The position numbers were made by a program, and so were the translations under genes. Of a stretch of 64,000 bases of DNA, positions 38,446 to 47,039 are shown piece after piece (position 1 is the first letter of the stretch; the number at the start of each line of letters is the position of its first letter). Source of the stretch: Vicinamibacterales bacterium. GTDB lineage: Bacteria > Acidobacteriota > Vicinamibacteria > Vicinamibacterales > UBA8438. The notes beneath the pieces were generated by a model, which did no database searches, was not told where the DNA came from, and saw only the letters and a list, made by a program, of their open reading frames with translations. The stretch spans positions 749,159 to 813,158 of the forward strand of contig OZ244881.1 of assembly GCA_965221305.1 (NCBI GenBank), given 5' to 3'.

Positions 38446-39540
38446 GTGCGCGTCCGGTCGCTGCTTCCGATCGCGGCGTTGACCTGCGCGTCTGCGGCGC
38501 CTGCGCCGGCCGGTCAATCGGACTACTGGTTCACCGACGAGCTCGCCCCCTACCGCGATCTCGTCGGGGAGTACCGCGCCGGCGACACCGGCGCCGCCAT
38601 GGCCGGGGTGCGGGCGATGGCGCCGTCCGCCGTGCACGCGCACCTCGACCGCGTGCGCGAGCCCGACACCCGGCTGACCGGGACCGACGCCGACCCCGCC
38701 CTCAACGAGCGGCTGTTCCGGGCGGCGGCGATGCTGCACCTCGACGTGGCGGGGCTGCTGCGGTCGCGGGGCCTCCACCGCGACGCGGAGGATCAGGTCG
38801 AGCTCGCTATCCGCTGGGTGAACCTGAACGCCCGCGATCCGGAACCCCAGGGCTCGTTCCGCCGCCGTTGGTTCCTGGGGGCGGCGCTCCTCGCCTTCGA
38901 GCACGGCGGGTGGCGGGACGGGGTGACCTTCACGGACCTCGCGTGCGAGTTGCTGCCCGACGACGTGGCCCTGCTGACGGCGGCCGCGTGGTTCAACGAG
39001 GGTCTCGCACTCGCGCCGGTGGACCCGACGGAGCTCGAGTCCGGCCGCCTTCCGCGCCTGCAGGAACGGAAGCGTGGCCGGCTTCTCGCCGCGGCCCGGC
39101 GGGCCGGCGCGGCGCTTCGGGTCGCCCCGGCCGCGTCGGAGGCGGCGCTGCGGCTCGCCCGGGTCCGGATGCTGCTGGGGCAGGGCGAGTCGGTGCGGGA
39201 GCAGTTGACGGCCCTGGCGGACCGCGGCGGCATGCCTCGCGCCCACGCCTACCTGGGCCGGTTGCTGCTCGGCCGGCTGCATCTGGCGGCGGGGGAGACG
39301 GCCGAGGCCGAGGCCCGCTTCCGGGGCGCCCTCGCCCTCGAGCCGCACGGCCAAGCGGCCCGGGTGGCGCTCGGCCGCCTCTTCGAGCAGCGGGGGGATC
39401 GACGCAGTGCGGCGGCGGTGCTCGATCCCGTGCTGCGCGGCGACGGGGGCGTTGCCATCGATCCCTGGGTCGACTACGTGCTGGGCCTCGGCAACGGCCC
39501 GGCGCTGCGGGAGGCCCTGCGCCGGGAGGTGCGGCGGTGA
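38446..39540 (+). CDS. Secreted tetratricopeptide-repeat protein
   Basis: Signal peptide; TPR-like helices EAALRLARV and YLGRLLLGRL; C-terminal DPWVDY. Confidence 0.8.
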   Translation: MRVRSLLPIAALTCASAAPAPAGQSDYWFTDELAPYRDLVGEYRAGDTGAAMAGVRAMAPSAVHAHLDRVREPDTRLTGTDADPALNERLFRAAAMLHLDVAGLLRSRGLHRDAEDQVELAIRWVNLNARDPEPQGSFRRRWFLGAALLAFEHGGWRDGVTFTDLACELLPDDVALLTAAAWFNEGLALAPVDPTELESGRLPRLQERKRGRLLAAARRAGAALRVAPAASEAALRLARVRMLLGQGESVREQLTALADRGGMPRAHAYLGRLLLGRLHLAAGETAEAEARFRGALALEPHGQAARVALGRLFEQRGDRRSAAAVLDPVLRGDGGVAIDPWVDYVLGLGNGPALREALRREVRR

Positions 39541-39627
39541 GCGGGAATCCGCGGCGGCGCCCCGCCCGTGCCGGTGGTCGCGCCGCCCGTCGAGGGGTGC
39601 GGCGGTGAGCGGGAATCCGCGGCGGCG
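39528..39627. repeat. 32-bp direct repeat spanning the TPR stop / VWA start, 68-bp period
   Basis: GGTGCGGCGGTGAGCGGGAATCCGCGGCGGCG at 39528 and 39596. Confidence 0.88.
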
Positions 39628-40663
39628 TCCCGCCCGGAGGGCGTCGCCTTGCGGCTCTGCCGGCCCCCCGACCGCCCCGCCGGGCGGCCGGCCTCCGCGG
39701 TCGGCGGGGCGGCGCGCCCTGGCCGGAAGCGGCGCGGTCCCGCCGCGCGGGCTCGTCGCCGCGGTCGTGGGGCTGGTCCTCGTTGCCGGGGCGGCGCCGG
39801 CGGCGGGGCAGACCTTCCGCACCGAGGTCGATGCGGTGGCCGTCGACGTGCTCGTGACCCGCGGGCGCGACGCGGTGGCGGGACTGACCGCGGACGACTT
39901 CACGGTGCTCGACAACGGCGTGCCGCAGGACGTTGCGGCGGTCCTCGTCGAAGAGGTCCCGGTCACCCTGCTGCTCGTCCTGGATACGAGCGGAAGCGTG
40001 CGAGGCTCGCCTCTCCGCCGACTGCTCGCGGCCGCGGAGACGGCCGGCGAGGCGTTGCGGCCCGACGACCGGGTCGGCCTGGTGACCTTCTCCGACAAGC
40101 TGCGCCTGGCCGTCGAGCCCCCCGCCCCCCCGGCCGCTCTCCCGGAGGCCCTCGATCGGATCAGGGCCGGCGGCGCGACCGCCCTCTACGACGCCACCTT
40201 CGCCGCCCTCGCCCTGCGCGACCGGGCGGTGGGGCGGACGGTGGTGCTCGTGTTCAGCGACGGCTACGACACCACGAGCTGGCTCGATCCCCTCGACGTG
40301 CTCGACGCCGCCCGCCGCAGCGACGTCGTCGTGTACGGCGTCCATCACGACCGGCTCGCCCGGGAGGGTTGGCGGCAGCGCGAGGGCCGCGGGCGGGCGA
40401 GCCGCTGGTTCGCGGACGAGCCGCATCTCTTCCGGCAGGAGTACCTGGCCCAGCTCGCGGCCGACACCGGGGGCTCGGTGTATGTGGCGGCGGACCTCGA
40501 CCGCCTGCGCGACGTCTTCGCCCGGGTCGTGGACGAGTTCCGCAGCCGCTATCTCCTGACCTACACGCCCCAGGGCGTCGAGGCCGGGGGGTGGCACGAG
40601 CTCGACGTGCAGGTGCGCGGGCGCGGCCGGCGCGTGCAGGCCCGCCGCGGCTACCTGCGTTGA
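39605..40663 (+). CDS. VWA domain protein (acidobacterial VWFA-related)
   Basis: QTFRTEVDAV, DTSGS (MIDAS), TALYDA, FSDG, TGG and RSRYLLTY; start uncertain. Confidence 0.88.
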   Translation: MSGNPRRRPARRASPCGSAGPPTAPPGGRPPRSAGRRALAGSGAVPPRGLVAAVVGLVLVAGAAPAAGQTFRTEVDAVAVDVLVTRGRDAVAGLTADDFTVLDNGVPQDVAAVLVEEVPVTLLLVLDTSGSVRGSPLRRLLAAAETAGEALRPDDRVGLVTFSDKLRLAVEPPAPPAALPEALDRIRAGGATALYDATFAALALRDRAVGRTVVLVFSDGYDTTSWLDPLDVLDAARRSDVVVYGVHHDRLAREGWRQREGRGRASRWFADEPHLFRQEYLAQLAADTGGSVYVAADLDRLRDVFARVVDEFRSRYLLTYTPQGVEAGGWHELDVQVRGRGRRVQARRGYLR

Positions 40664-40749
40664 GCGGCGCGCGGCCATTTCCGCGCCACCGGCGTCTACT
40701 CTAGCGCCACGGGTCGCCGCATCGGCGTCGAAGGGAGGTATGCCACCGC

Positions 40750-43293
40750 ATGGATACGCTGCTCCAGGATGCCCGCTCCGCCGTGCGCCGGCTCGCCGGC
40801 CAGCGCGGCTTCACGGTGACCGCGCTGGTCACCCTCGCCCTCGGCATCGGCGCCAACACGGCGATGTTCGGCATCGTCCACGGTCTGTTGCTGCGTCCGC
40901 TGCCCTATCCCGACGCGGATCGCCTCGTGCGCGTCGGCGAGTCGTTCGGGGGGCGCGCCGCGCTCAACCTGTCGAACCAGTCGATGCCTCTGCTCGAGGA
41001 CGCCGAGTCGTTCGAGGGCCTCGCCGTGTACCGGGAGAGTTCGGTGGCGTGGGCGGGCCCGGACGGCGTGGTCACCCTGAGCGGCGCCGCGGTCTCGCCC
41101 GGGATGTTCCCGCTGCTGCGGGCAACGCCCCGCCTCGGTCGACCGTTCACCGAGGACGATGCGCGGGAGGGCGCGGACCAGGTCGTGCTGCTGAGCCACC
41201 GCGCCTGGACGAACCGCTTCTCGTCCGACCCGGGTATCGTGGGTGCGCCCCTCGAACTCGACGGAGACGCCTACACCGTCGTCGGGGTGCTCCCCGAGGG
41301 GTTCTATTTTCCGAACCCCGACGGCGAGTTCTGGACGCCGCTCGTCGTCCCCCCGTTCGCGCCGTCGCCGGCGGCCGTCACGGGACAGCGGCGCATGGTG
41401 ATCGTGGTCGCCTTCAACGGCCTCGGCCGTCTCGCGGAGGGGGTCTCGGCGGAACAGGCGGCGACGGAGGTCCGCACTCGCCTGCAGGCCGATTCGACGT
41501 CGTTCGGGCTGCCCGCCGGGGCGGCTCGGGCCGGCGCGCTCGGTCGGAGCGAGGCGCAGGTCGTGCCGCTGCTCGAGGAGATGGTGGGCGCGTACCGGCC
41601 GGCGCTGACGGCCCTGACCGCGGCGACGGCGCTCGTGCTTCTGATCGCCTGCATCAACGTGGCGGGGCTGCTGCTCGCGCGCGGCGTGACGCGCCGGCGG
41701 GGTTTGGCGGTGAGCGCGGCCCTCGGTGCGAGCCGCGGCCGGCTCGTCCGGCAGCTCCTGACTGAGAGCGTCCTGCTCGGCGCCGGCGGCGGGGTCCTCG
41801 GTCTCGCCGCGGCGGCGGTCGTGCTGCGCGCGGCGCCCGCCCTCGTGCCCGGCGACATCGCGCGGCTCGACCAGGTCGGCATCGACGGCCTGTCGGTGGC
41901 GTTCACGGTGGGGCTGTCGATCGCGGCGGGGCTGTCGTTCGGCGCCGCGCCCGCCTTCCAGTGGTCGCGGGTCGACCTGGCGAGCACCCTGAACGAGGGG
42001 AGCGCGCAGGCCCCCGGCGGCTTCCGGCTGTTGCGCTCCAACCGAGTGCGCGCGGCCCTGGCCGTGGCCCAGGTCGCCCTGGCCATCGTGCTGCTCGTCG
42101 GGGCGGGGCTGCTCCTGCGCAGCTTCGTCGGGCTCGTGACCATCGACCGCGGCTACGACCCGGCCAACGTCATCGCCGCCCGCATCCGGAACCCCGACGC
42201 GACGCTTCGCCCGGACATGACCCCCGACGCGATCGCCGACCTGCGGCCGGCGGGACGGCGCTTCGGGCGCGCCCTCGTGGACGAGCTGGCCCGGCTGGAG
42301 GCCCTCGCCGAGGTCGAAGCGGCGGGGGTGTCGTCGCGCTTTCCCCTCGCGTCCGGCGGGAGCGGCAGCCAGACCACGACGTTACGCGCGGCGGGCGCCC
42401 CGATGCCGGCCGACCCCCGCGCGCTTCCCCGGGCGCCCATCAACTTCGTCAGCCCGGGCTACTTCGACGCGATGCGGCTGCGCCTCCGGAGCGGACGGGC
42501 GATCACCCGTCTCGACGGCGCCGAGAGTCCACCGGTGCTCGTGCTCAGCGAGACGCTCGCCCGTGAGATCTTCGGCGGCGAGTCGGCCGTTGGCCGCCCC
42601 GTGCTGCTCGCCGGCGCCGGCGACGAACCGTGGGAGGTGGTCGGGGTCGCGGCCGACGTTCGCTACGGCGCGCTGTCGATCACCGAGTCGGCGGCCGAGG
42701 CCTACCTGCCGCTCCAGCAGATCGAACGGGCGTCGATGCTGGGCGGCATGTTCTTCTCCTCGTCGGTCGCGGTGCGGACCGTCGGCGACCCGCTGGCCGC
42801 GGTCCCCTTCCTGCGCGAGGCGGTGGCCGCGGCGGCGCCGGCGGCGAGCATCGACGAGGTGGCGACGATGGACGCCCGGCTCTGGGCCGCGGTCGAGCAA
42901 CCCCGCTTCTACGCCGTCTTCGTCGGGTTCTTCGCCGCTCTCGCGCTCTTCCTCGCCGCGTTCGGCATCTACGCCCTGCTCAGCTACACCGTCTCGCAGC
43001 GCCGTCGCGAGATCGGGGTCCGCATGGCCCTCGGCGCCCGGCCCGGCGACGTCGTCGCCCTCGTCGTCCGGCAGGGGGCCGGGCTCGTCGCGGCGGGGGC
43101 GGTCCTCGGCCTCTTGGGGGCGGCCGGCGCGTCGCGGCTCCTCGGGAGCTTCCTGTTCGGCGTCGGCGCCGACGACCCAGTGACCTTCGCCGCGGCGCCC
43201 GTCGCCCTCGTCGGCGTCGCCCTCGTCGCCTGCTGGCTCCCGGGCCGCCGCGCCGCCCGTATCGACCCGATGGACGCCTTGCGCGTAGAGTAG
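40750..43293 (+). CDS. ADOP-type duplicated ABC permease (MacB/FtsX)
   Basis: TLALGIGANTAMF, RPLPY, VSPGYF and RRREIGVRMALGA. Confidence 0.95.
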   Translation: MDTLLQDARSAVRRLAGQRGFTVTALVTLALGIGANTAMFGIVHGLLLRPLPYPDADRLVRVGESFGGRAALNLSNQSMPLLEDAESFEGLAVYRESSVAWAGPDGVVTLSGAAVSPGMFPLLRATPRLGRPFTEDDAREGADQVVLLSHRAWTNRFSSDPGIVGAPLELDGDAYTVVGVLPEGFYFPNPDGEFWTPLVVPPFAPSPAAVTGQRRMVIVVAFNGLGRLAEGVSAEQAATEVRTRLQADSTSFGLPAGAARAGALGRSEAQVVPLLEEMVGAYRPALTALTAATALVLLIACINVAGLLLARGVTRRRGLAVSAALGASRGRLVRQLLTESVLLGAGGGVLGLAAAAVVLRAAPALVPGDIARLDQVGIDGLSVAFTVGLSIAAGLSFGAAPAFQWSRVDLASTLNEGSAQAPGGFRLLRSNRVRAALAVAQVALAIVLLVGAGLLLRSFVGLVTIDRGYDPANVIAARIRNPDATLRPDMTPDAIADLRPAGRRFGRALVDELARLEALAEVEAAGVSSRFPLASGGSGSQTTTLRAAGAPMPADPRALPRAPINFVSPGYFDAMRLRLRSGRAITRLDGAESPPVLVLSETLAREIFGGESAVGRPVLLAGAGDEPWEVVGVAADVRYGALSITESAAEAYLPLQQIERASMLGGMFFSSSVAVRTVGDPLAAVPFLREAVAAAAPAASIDEVATMDARLWAAVEQPRFYAVFVGFFAALALFLAAFGIYALLSYTVSQRRREIGVRMALGARPGDVVALVVRQGAGLVAAGAVLGLLGAAGASRLLGSFLFGVGADDPVTFAAAPVALVGVALVACWLPGRRAARIDPMDALRVE

Positions 43294-43400
43294 GCGGTCT
43301 TCCGCGAGTGTGCCGCCACGCGGGAGCTCCTCACCTGGGTCGGCTCCCAACTAACCAACTACTGAGACACGGCACACTTGGCGAGTAAGGGCTGCACGGG

Positions 43401-45764
43401 ATGATGGTGGATGTCGCACATGCTCTGCGACATTGGCGTCGGCGGCCAGCGGAGGCGTGCTGCGTCGTGTTGCTGCTGGTCGTGGGAATCGGTGCGAACG
43501 CGGTCGTGTTCGGCATCATCGAGCGGTTGCTGATCTCGCCCTTGGCGGTGCGGGATGGCGAGACGCTGGTTTCCCTTGGACGGCAATCGTATCCGAACTA
43601 CCGATCCCTGGCCGCGCGCTTGGAGGGCGTAGACGGAGTGGCCGCGTTCGTAAACCGACAGCTCACGCTGACGGCGGGGGCGCGGCAGGCGACACGCGGG
43701 ACGTTCGTGACGCGCAATTACTTCAGGGTGCTCGGCGTGGAGGCGCTGCGGGGCCGAATGTTGTCGGCCGACGATGATGCGCGTACGGCGGTCATCAGCG
43801 AGTACTTCTGGCGTTCCGCTTGGGCCGGCGATCCGAAGGTGGTGGGGCGCACGTTGTGGCTGAACGACGTCGCGGTGCGGGTCGTCGGCGTCGTGCCCGG
43901 GAGCTTTCGAGGCGCGACCTTGGAGTATGTTCCTCACATATGGGTGCCGATCGAACTTCAGACGGAAGTTCGGCCTGGGTTGGTGGATCTGCGCGAAAAC
44001 CGACGAAACCCGTGGGTGACGGTGGTCGCGCGGCGGATGGAGAATACATCGCTGTCGACGCTGAAGCTGACGGCGACGCGTTTGGCGACGGCGCTGACGT
44101 CGGAGTATCCGGAGGACAACGCAGGCTGGTCGGTTGACGTGATACCCCTGGCGCAGGCGGCGTTGCCGGCGGAACGGCGGCGCACCTTCGTTCTGGTGCT
44201 GTTCCTGCTGCAACTTGCGGCGCTGTCGGTGTTCGTTGTCGGCGCGGCGAACATCGGGATTCTCAGGTTGGCGTCGATGGAGTCGCGGCGTCGTGAGTGT
44301 GGCGTTCGGATGGCGTGCGGCGCGTCGGGATGGCGACTGATTGGGCAGGAGGCGATTCGGCACGGCATGCTGGGGGTGATCGGCGCCGCGTGCGGAATTG
44401 CGACGGCGTGGCTGGGGTTGAGGGTGCTGACGGGGTTGGCGGTGATTCCACCGACCGGAGTCGGAGCGGCTACCGGCGGTGTCGTCGGCGTCTTGACGGT
44501 GGCCGTGCCGCTGGTGGTGGGCAGTCTCTTGGTCGTCGACGTGCGGCGATGGGAACGAGAGGGCGTTGGGCGAACCGTCGAAGGGCGCGGCGGGGGGGCG
44601 ACGGGCGTGGCGGCGATGCACGTGGTCGTGGCCGCGCAAGTTGCGGTGTCGCTGAGTGTCGCCTGCGCCGCACTGCTGCTGGCGGAGGACGTTCGGCGAA
44701 AGGTGGCGATCGACAACGGGTTCGAGGCGGAGGGCGTCGTTCGTATGTCGCTGTCGTTTCCGGCGGATTACACGGAAGCGTCGAGAAGGTCGTTTCGGCT
44801 TGCGCTCGTGAGCCTGGCGTCGGCGGCGCCGGGTATCGACGGTGCAGGCTGGGGCGTCTCGGTCCCATTCGGCGGAGTCACGTTCCTGGCGGAAGTGTCA
44901 GCGGATGGACGGCCGGAGACGCGGATGGACGTGGTCACCAACTACGTGGACTCCGGCTTTTTCTCGGTGCTGGGCATTCCGCTGATTCGTGGGAGAGGAT
45001 GGTTGGGTGATGGAGAAGGACCGTTGGAGGTCGTCGTAAGTCAAGCTCTCGCGACCCGCTTGTGGCCGGACGGTGAGGCCGTGGGGCGACGAATGCGTAC
45101 AACGGACGACGGCGCTGCTTTTGAGGTCGTCGGGGTGGTGGGGAACACTCGATACCGGAGCGTGGACGGGGCTCTGGCGCCGGTGGCCTATTTTCGACCG
45201 AGCGACGCGTTTGGCATGGGACACTTGATATTCGGGGCGGAGCACGGGGTTGGGGCGGCGGCCGTGCGGGAGCTGGTAACATCGCTGGATGGGCGGGTGC
45301 TCACGCATGATGTTCGCGGTATGGAGGACATCTTGGCGGACGTGTTCCGGCGGGACCGGCTCGTGGCGACCGGTGTCGGAGGTTTCGGTGTTCTGGCTCT
45401 TGCGCTGATGGGGCTGGGTCTGGGCGGGACGGCGAGTAGGGTGGTTGGATTGCGAAAGCAGGAGATCGGCCTGCGGATGGCGTTGGGAGGCCGACGATGG
45501 GACGTGTTCATGCTGCTGATGGGGGATAGCGGCTTCGTGGTGGCGAGCGGGATTGTGGTGGGGACGGGGATCTTCGTTGGGGGTTGGCGCCTTCTGGCGA
45601 GCCGAGTGCCGGAGCTCGGGGTTGGTGGGGTGGTCGGCGCACTGGGTGAAGCGGTGATCGTCGTGGTCGCGGTCGGTGTTCTCGCCGTGGCGATTCCGGT
45701 TTGGCGGGCGGTGACCGTGGATCCGGGAAGGGTCCTGCGGACACAGCCGGGGGCGGCTGAATGA
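43401..45764 (+). CDS. Divergent ADOP-type duplicated ABC permease
   Basis: GIGANAVVF, RRRECGVRMACGA and RKQEIGLRMALG; atypical G/T-rich codon use. Confidence 0.88.
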   Translation: MMVDVAHALRHWRRRPAEACCVVLLLVVGIGANAVVFGIIERLLISPLAVRDGETLVSLGRQSYPNYRSLAARLEGVDGVAAFVNRQLTLTAGARQATRGTFVTRNYFRVLGVEALRGRMLSADDDARTAVISEYFWRSAWAGDPKVVGRTLWLNDVAVRVVGVVPGSFRGATLEYVPHIWVPIELQTEVRPGLVDLRENRRNPWVTVVARRMENTSLSTLKLTATRLATALTSEYPEDNAGWSVDVIPLAQAALPAERRRTFVLVLFLLQLAALSVFVVGAANIGILRLASMESRRRECGVRMACGASGWRLIGQEAIRHGMLGVIGAACGIATAWLGLRVLTGLAVIPPTGVGAATGGVVGVLTVAVPLVVGSLLVVDVRRWEREGVGRTVEGRGGGATGVAAMHVVVAAQVAVSLSVACAALLLAEDVRRKVAIDNGFEAEGVVRMSLSFPADYTEASRRSFRLALVSLASAAPGIDGAGWGVSVPFGGVTFLAEVSADGRPETRMDVVTNYVDSGFFSVLGIPLIRGRGWLGDGEGPLEVVVSQALATRLWPDGEAVGRRMRTTDDGAAFEVVGVVGNTRYRSVDGALAPVAYFRPSDAFGMGHLIFGAEHGVGAAAVRELVTSLDGRVLTHDVRGMEDILADVFRRDRLVATGVGGFGVLALALMGLGLGGTASRVVGLRKQEIGLRMALGGRRWDVFMLLMGDSGFVVASGIVVGTGIFVGGWRLLASRVPELGVGGVVGALGEAVIVVVAVGVLAVAIPVWRAVTVDPGRVLRTQPGAAE

Positions 45765-45954
45765 GGAGGACGACGGTTACCGCGGGGATTCGGCGCGTGT
45801 GGGGTGCGCTGGCTGTGCGGCTGACGGGAGCCCCGCGGAGTTGGTGTTTTCGCCGAGGCGCGGCACGACCGAACTCGTGTCGACCGTCGTGATGTCGCCG
45901 GTCGCCTCGCTTACGAATTCGCCGTTCTGTCGATCTCAGTCGAGTCGAGTTGGG

Positions 45955-46728
45955 TCAGTGCCGGGGTGCGAATGGTGCTGCGCGGACGCTGAGGCCGTCC
46001 CGGGTTGCGTTCACGCGAGGCGTCGGCTCCGGCTCGGCGCCGGCTGCGACGGTCAACAGATACTGCGCCGCCAGCTCCCGGCCGATGTCGGCGAGGGTGT
46101 CGGCGAGCGCCGCGGGATCGTCGATGCGCTCGAAGCGGCCGCCGGTGGCGGCGGCCAGGCGCTCGAGGTTGGGGAGCGGTACGTCAGTGACGGACACGCC
46201 GGCGAACAGCATCCCGTGGGCGGTGACCAGGTCCACGAGCTCCTGGACGTCCCCCGGCAGGTCGGCCGCGCGCCGTCGGCCGCGCACCTGCGAGGACTGA
46301 AGCTCGGAGCGGGCCATCTCGCTGGCCTGGCCCAGCAACACGATGACGGGGCGGGGCGCGCCGCGGGCGTGCAGGTCGTTCACTGCCTCGACGATGGCGG
46401 CGTCCAGCTCGCCGTCGACGCTCTGCATGTCGAGTATGCTCTCGTCGTCGAGTGCGCCGATCAGTCGCGCGATGCCGGCGTTGAGTTGACGCTGGGTCAC
46501 CGCGAGGTTGTCGAAGACGGCGACGATCTGCACGGCCGGGGGCATGGGCTCCGCGTTCACCACCTCGAGCTCGACCTCACCGGCGCGGACGCTGAAGTCC
46601 TCGCGCGTGAGGTTCGCCACCGGCGCGCCGTCGCCGTCCGTCACCGTCACGATCATTCGGACCGGCGATTGGGCGAGTGACGCCTGCGCGATGAGGGCGA
46701 GCAACAGAGTCAGTGCCCATCGATGCAT
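45955..46728 (-). CDS. Secreted degenerate VWA-like protein
   Basis: VTVTDGDGAPVANLTREDF, LAAATGGR and ELAAQYLLT. Confidence 0.75.
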   Translation of the reverse strand: MHRWALTLLLALIAQASLAQSPVRMIVTVTDGDGAPVANLTREDFSVRAGEVELEVVNAEPMPPAVQIVAVFDNLAVTQRQLNAGIARLIGALDDESILDMQSVDGELDAAIVEAVNDLHARGAPRPVIVLLGQASEMARSELQSSQVRGRRRAADLPGDVQELVDLVTAHGMLFAGVSVTDVPLPNLERLAAATGGRFERIDDPAALADTLADIGRELAAQYLLTVAAGAEPEPTPRVNATRDGLSVRAAPFAPRH

Positions 46729-47039
46729 GGGATCATCCAACCGCGTCGCGGCCAGCCTCATGCCGCGACGACCTTGTCGCGTACGGGATGCAGTCTGAAT
46801 CATCTCATCCTCGGCGCGTCGTCCTTCTGCTCATCTCGTCCTCGGCGCGTCGTCCTTCTGGAGCTGACGGAGCACGCGTCCCCATTCTCCTTCAGGTCGC
46901 TCCGGTTCCCATGTAGGCCGCTCCGGTCTCCCCTGCGTGAAGGCGCAGCGCCTCGGCGCCTCCTCACGAGACCGGCCTCGGCGCCTCGGCGACCTCGAAG
47001 ATCTCGACGAGTCTCATGGCGAATCCCTCGTGGGCGTCG

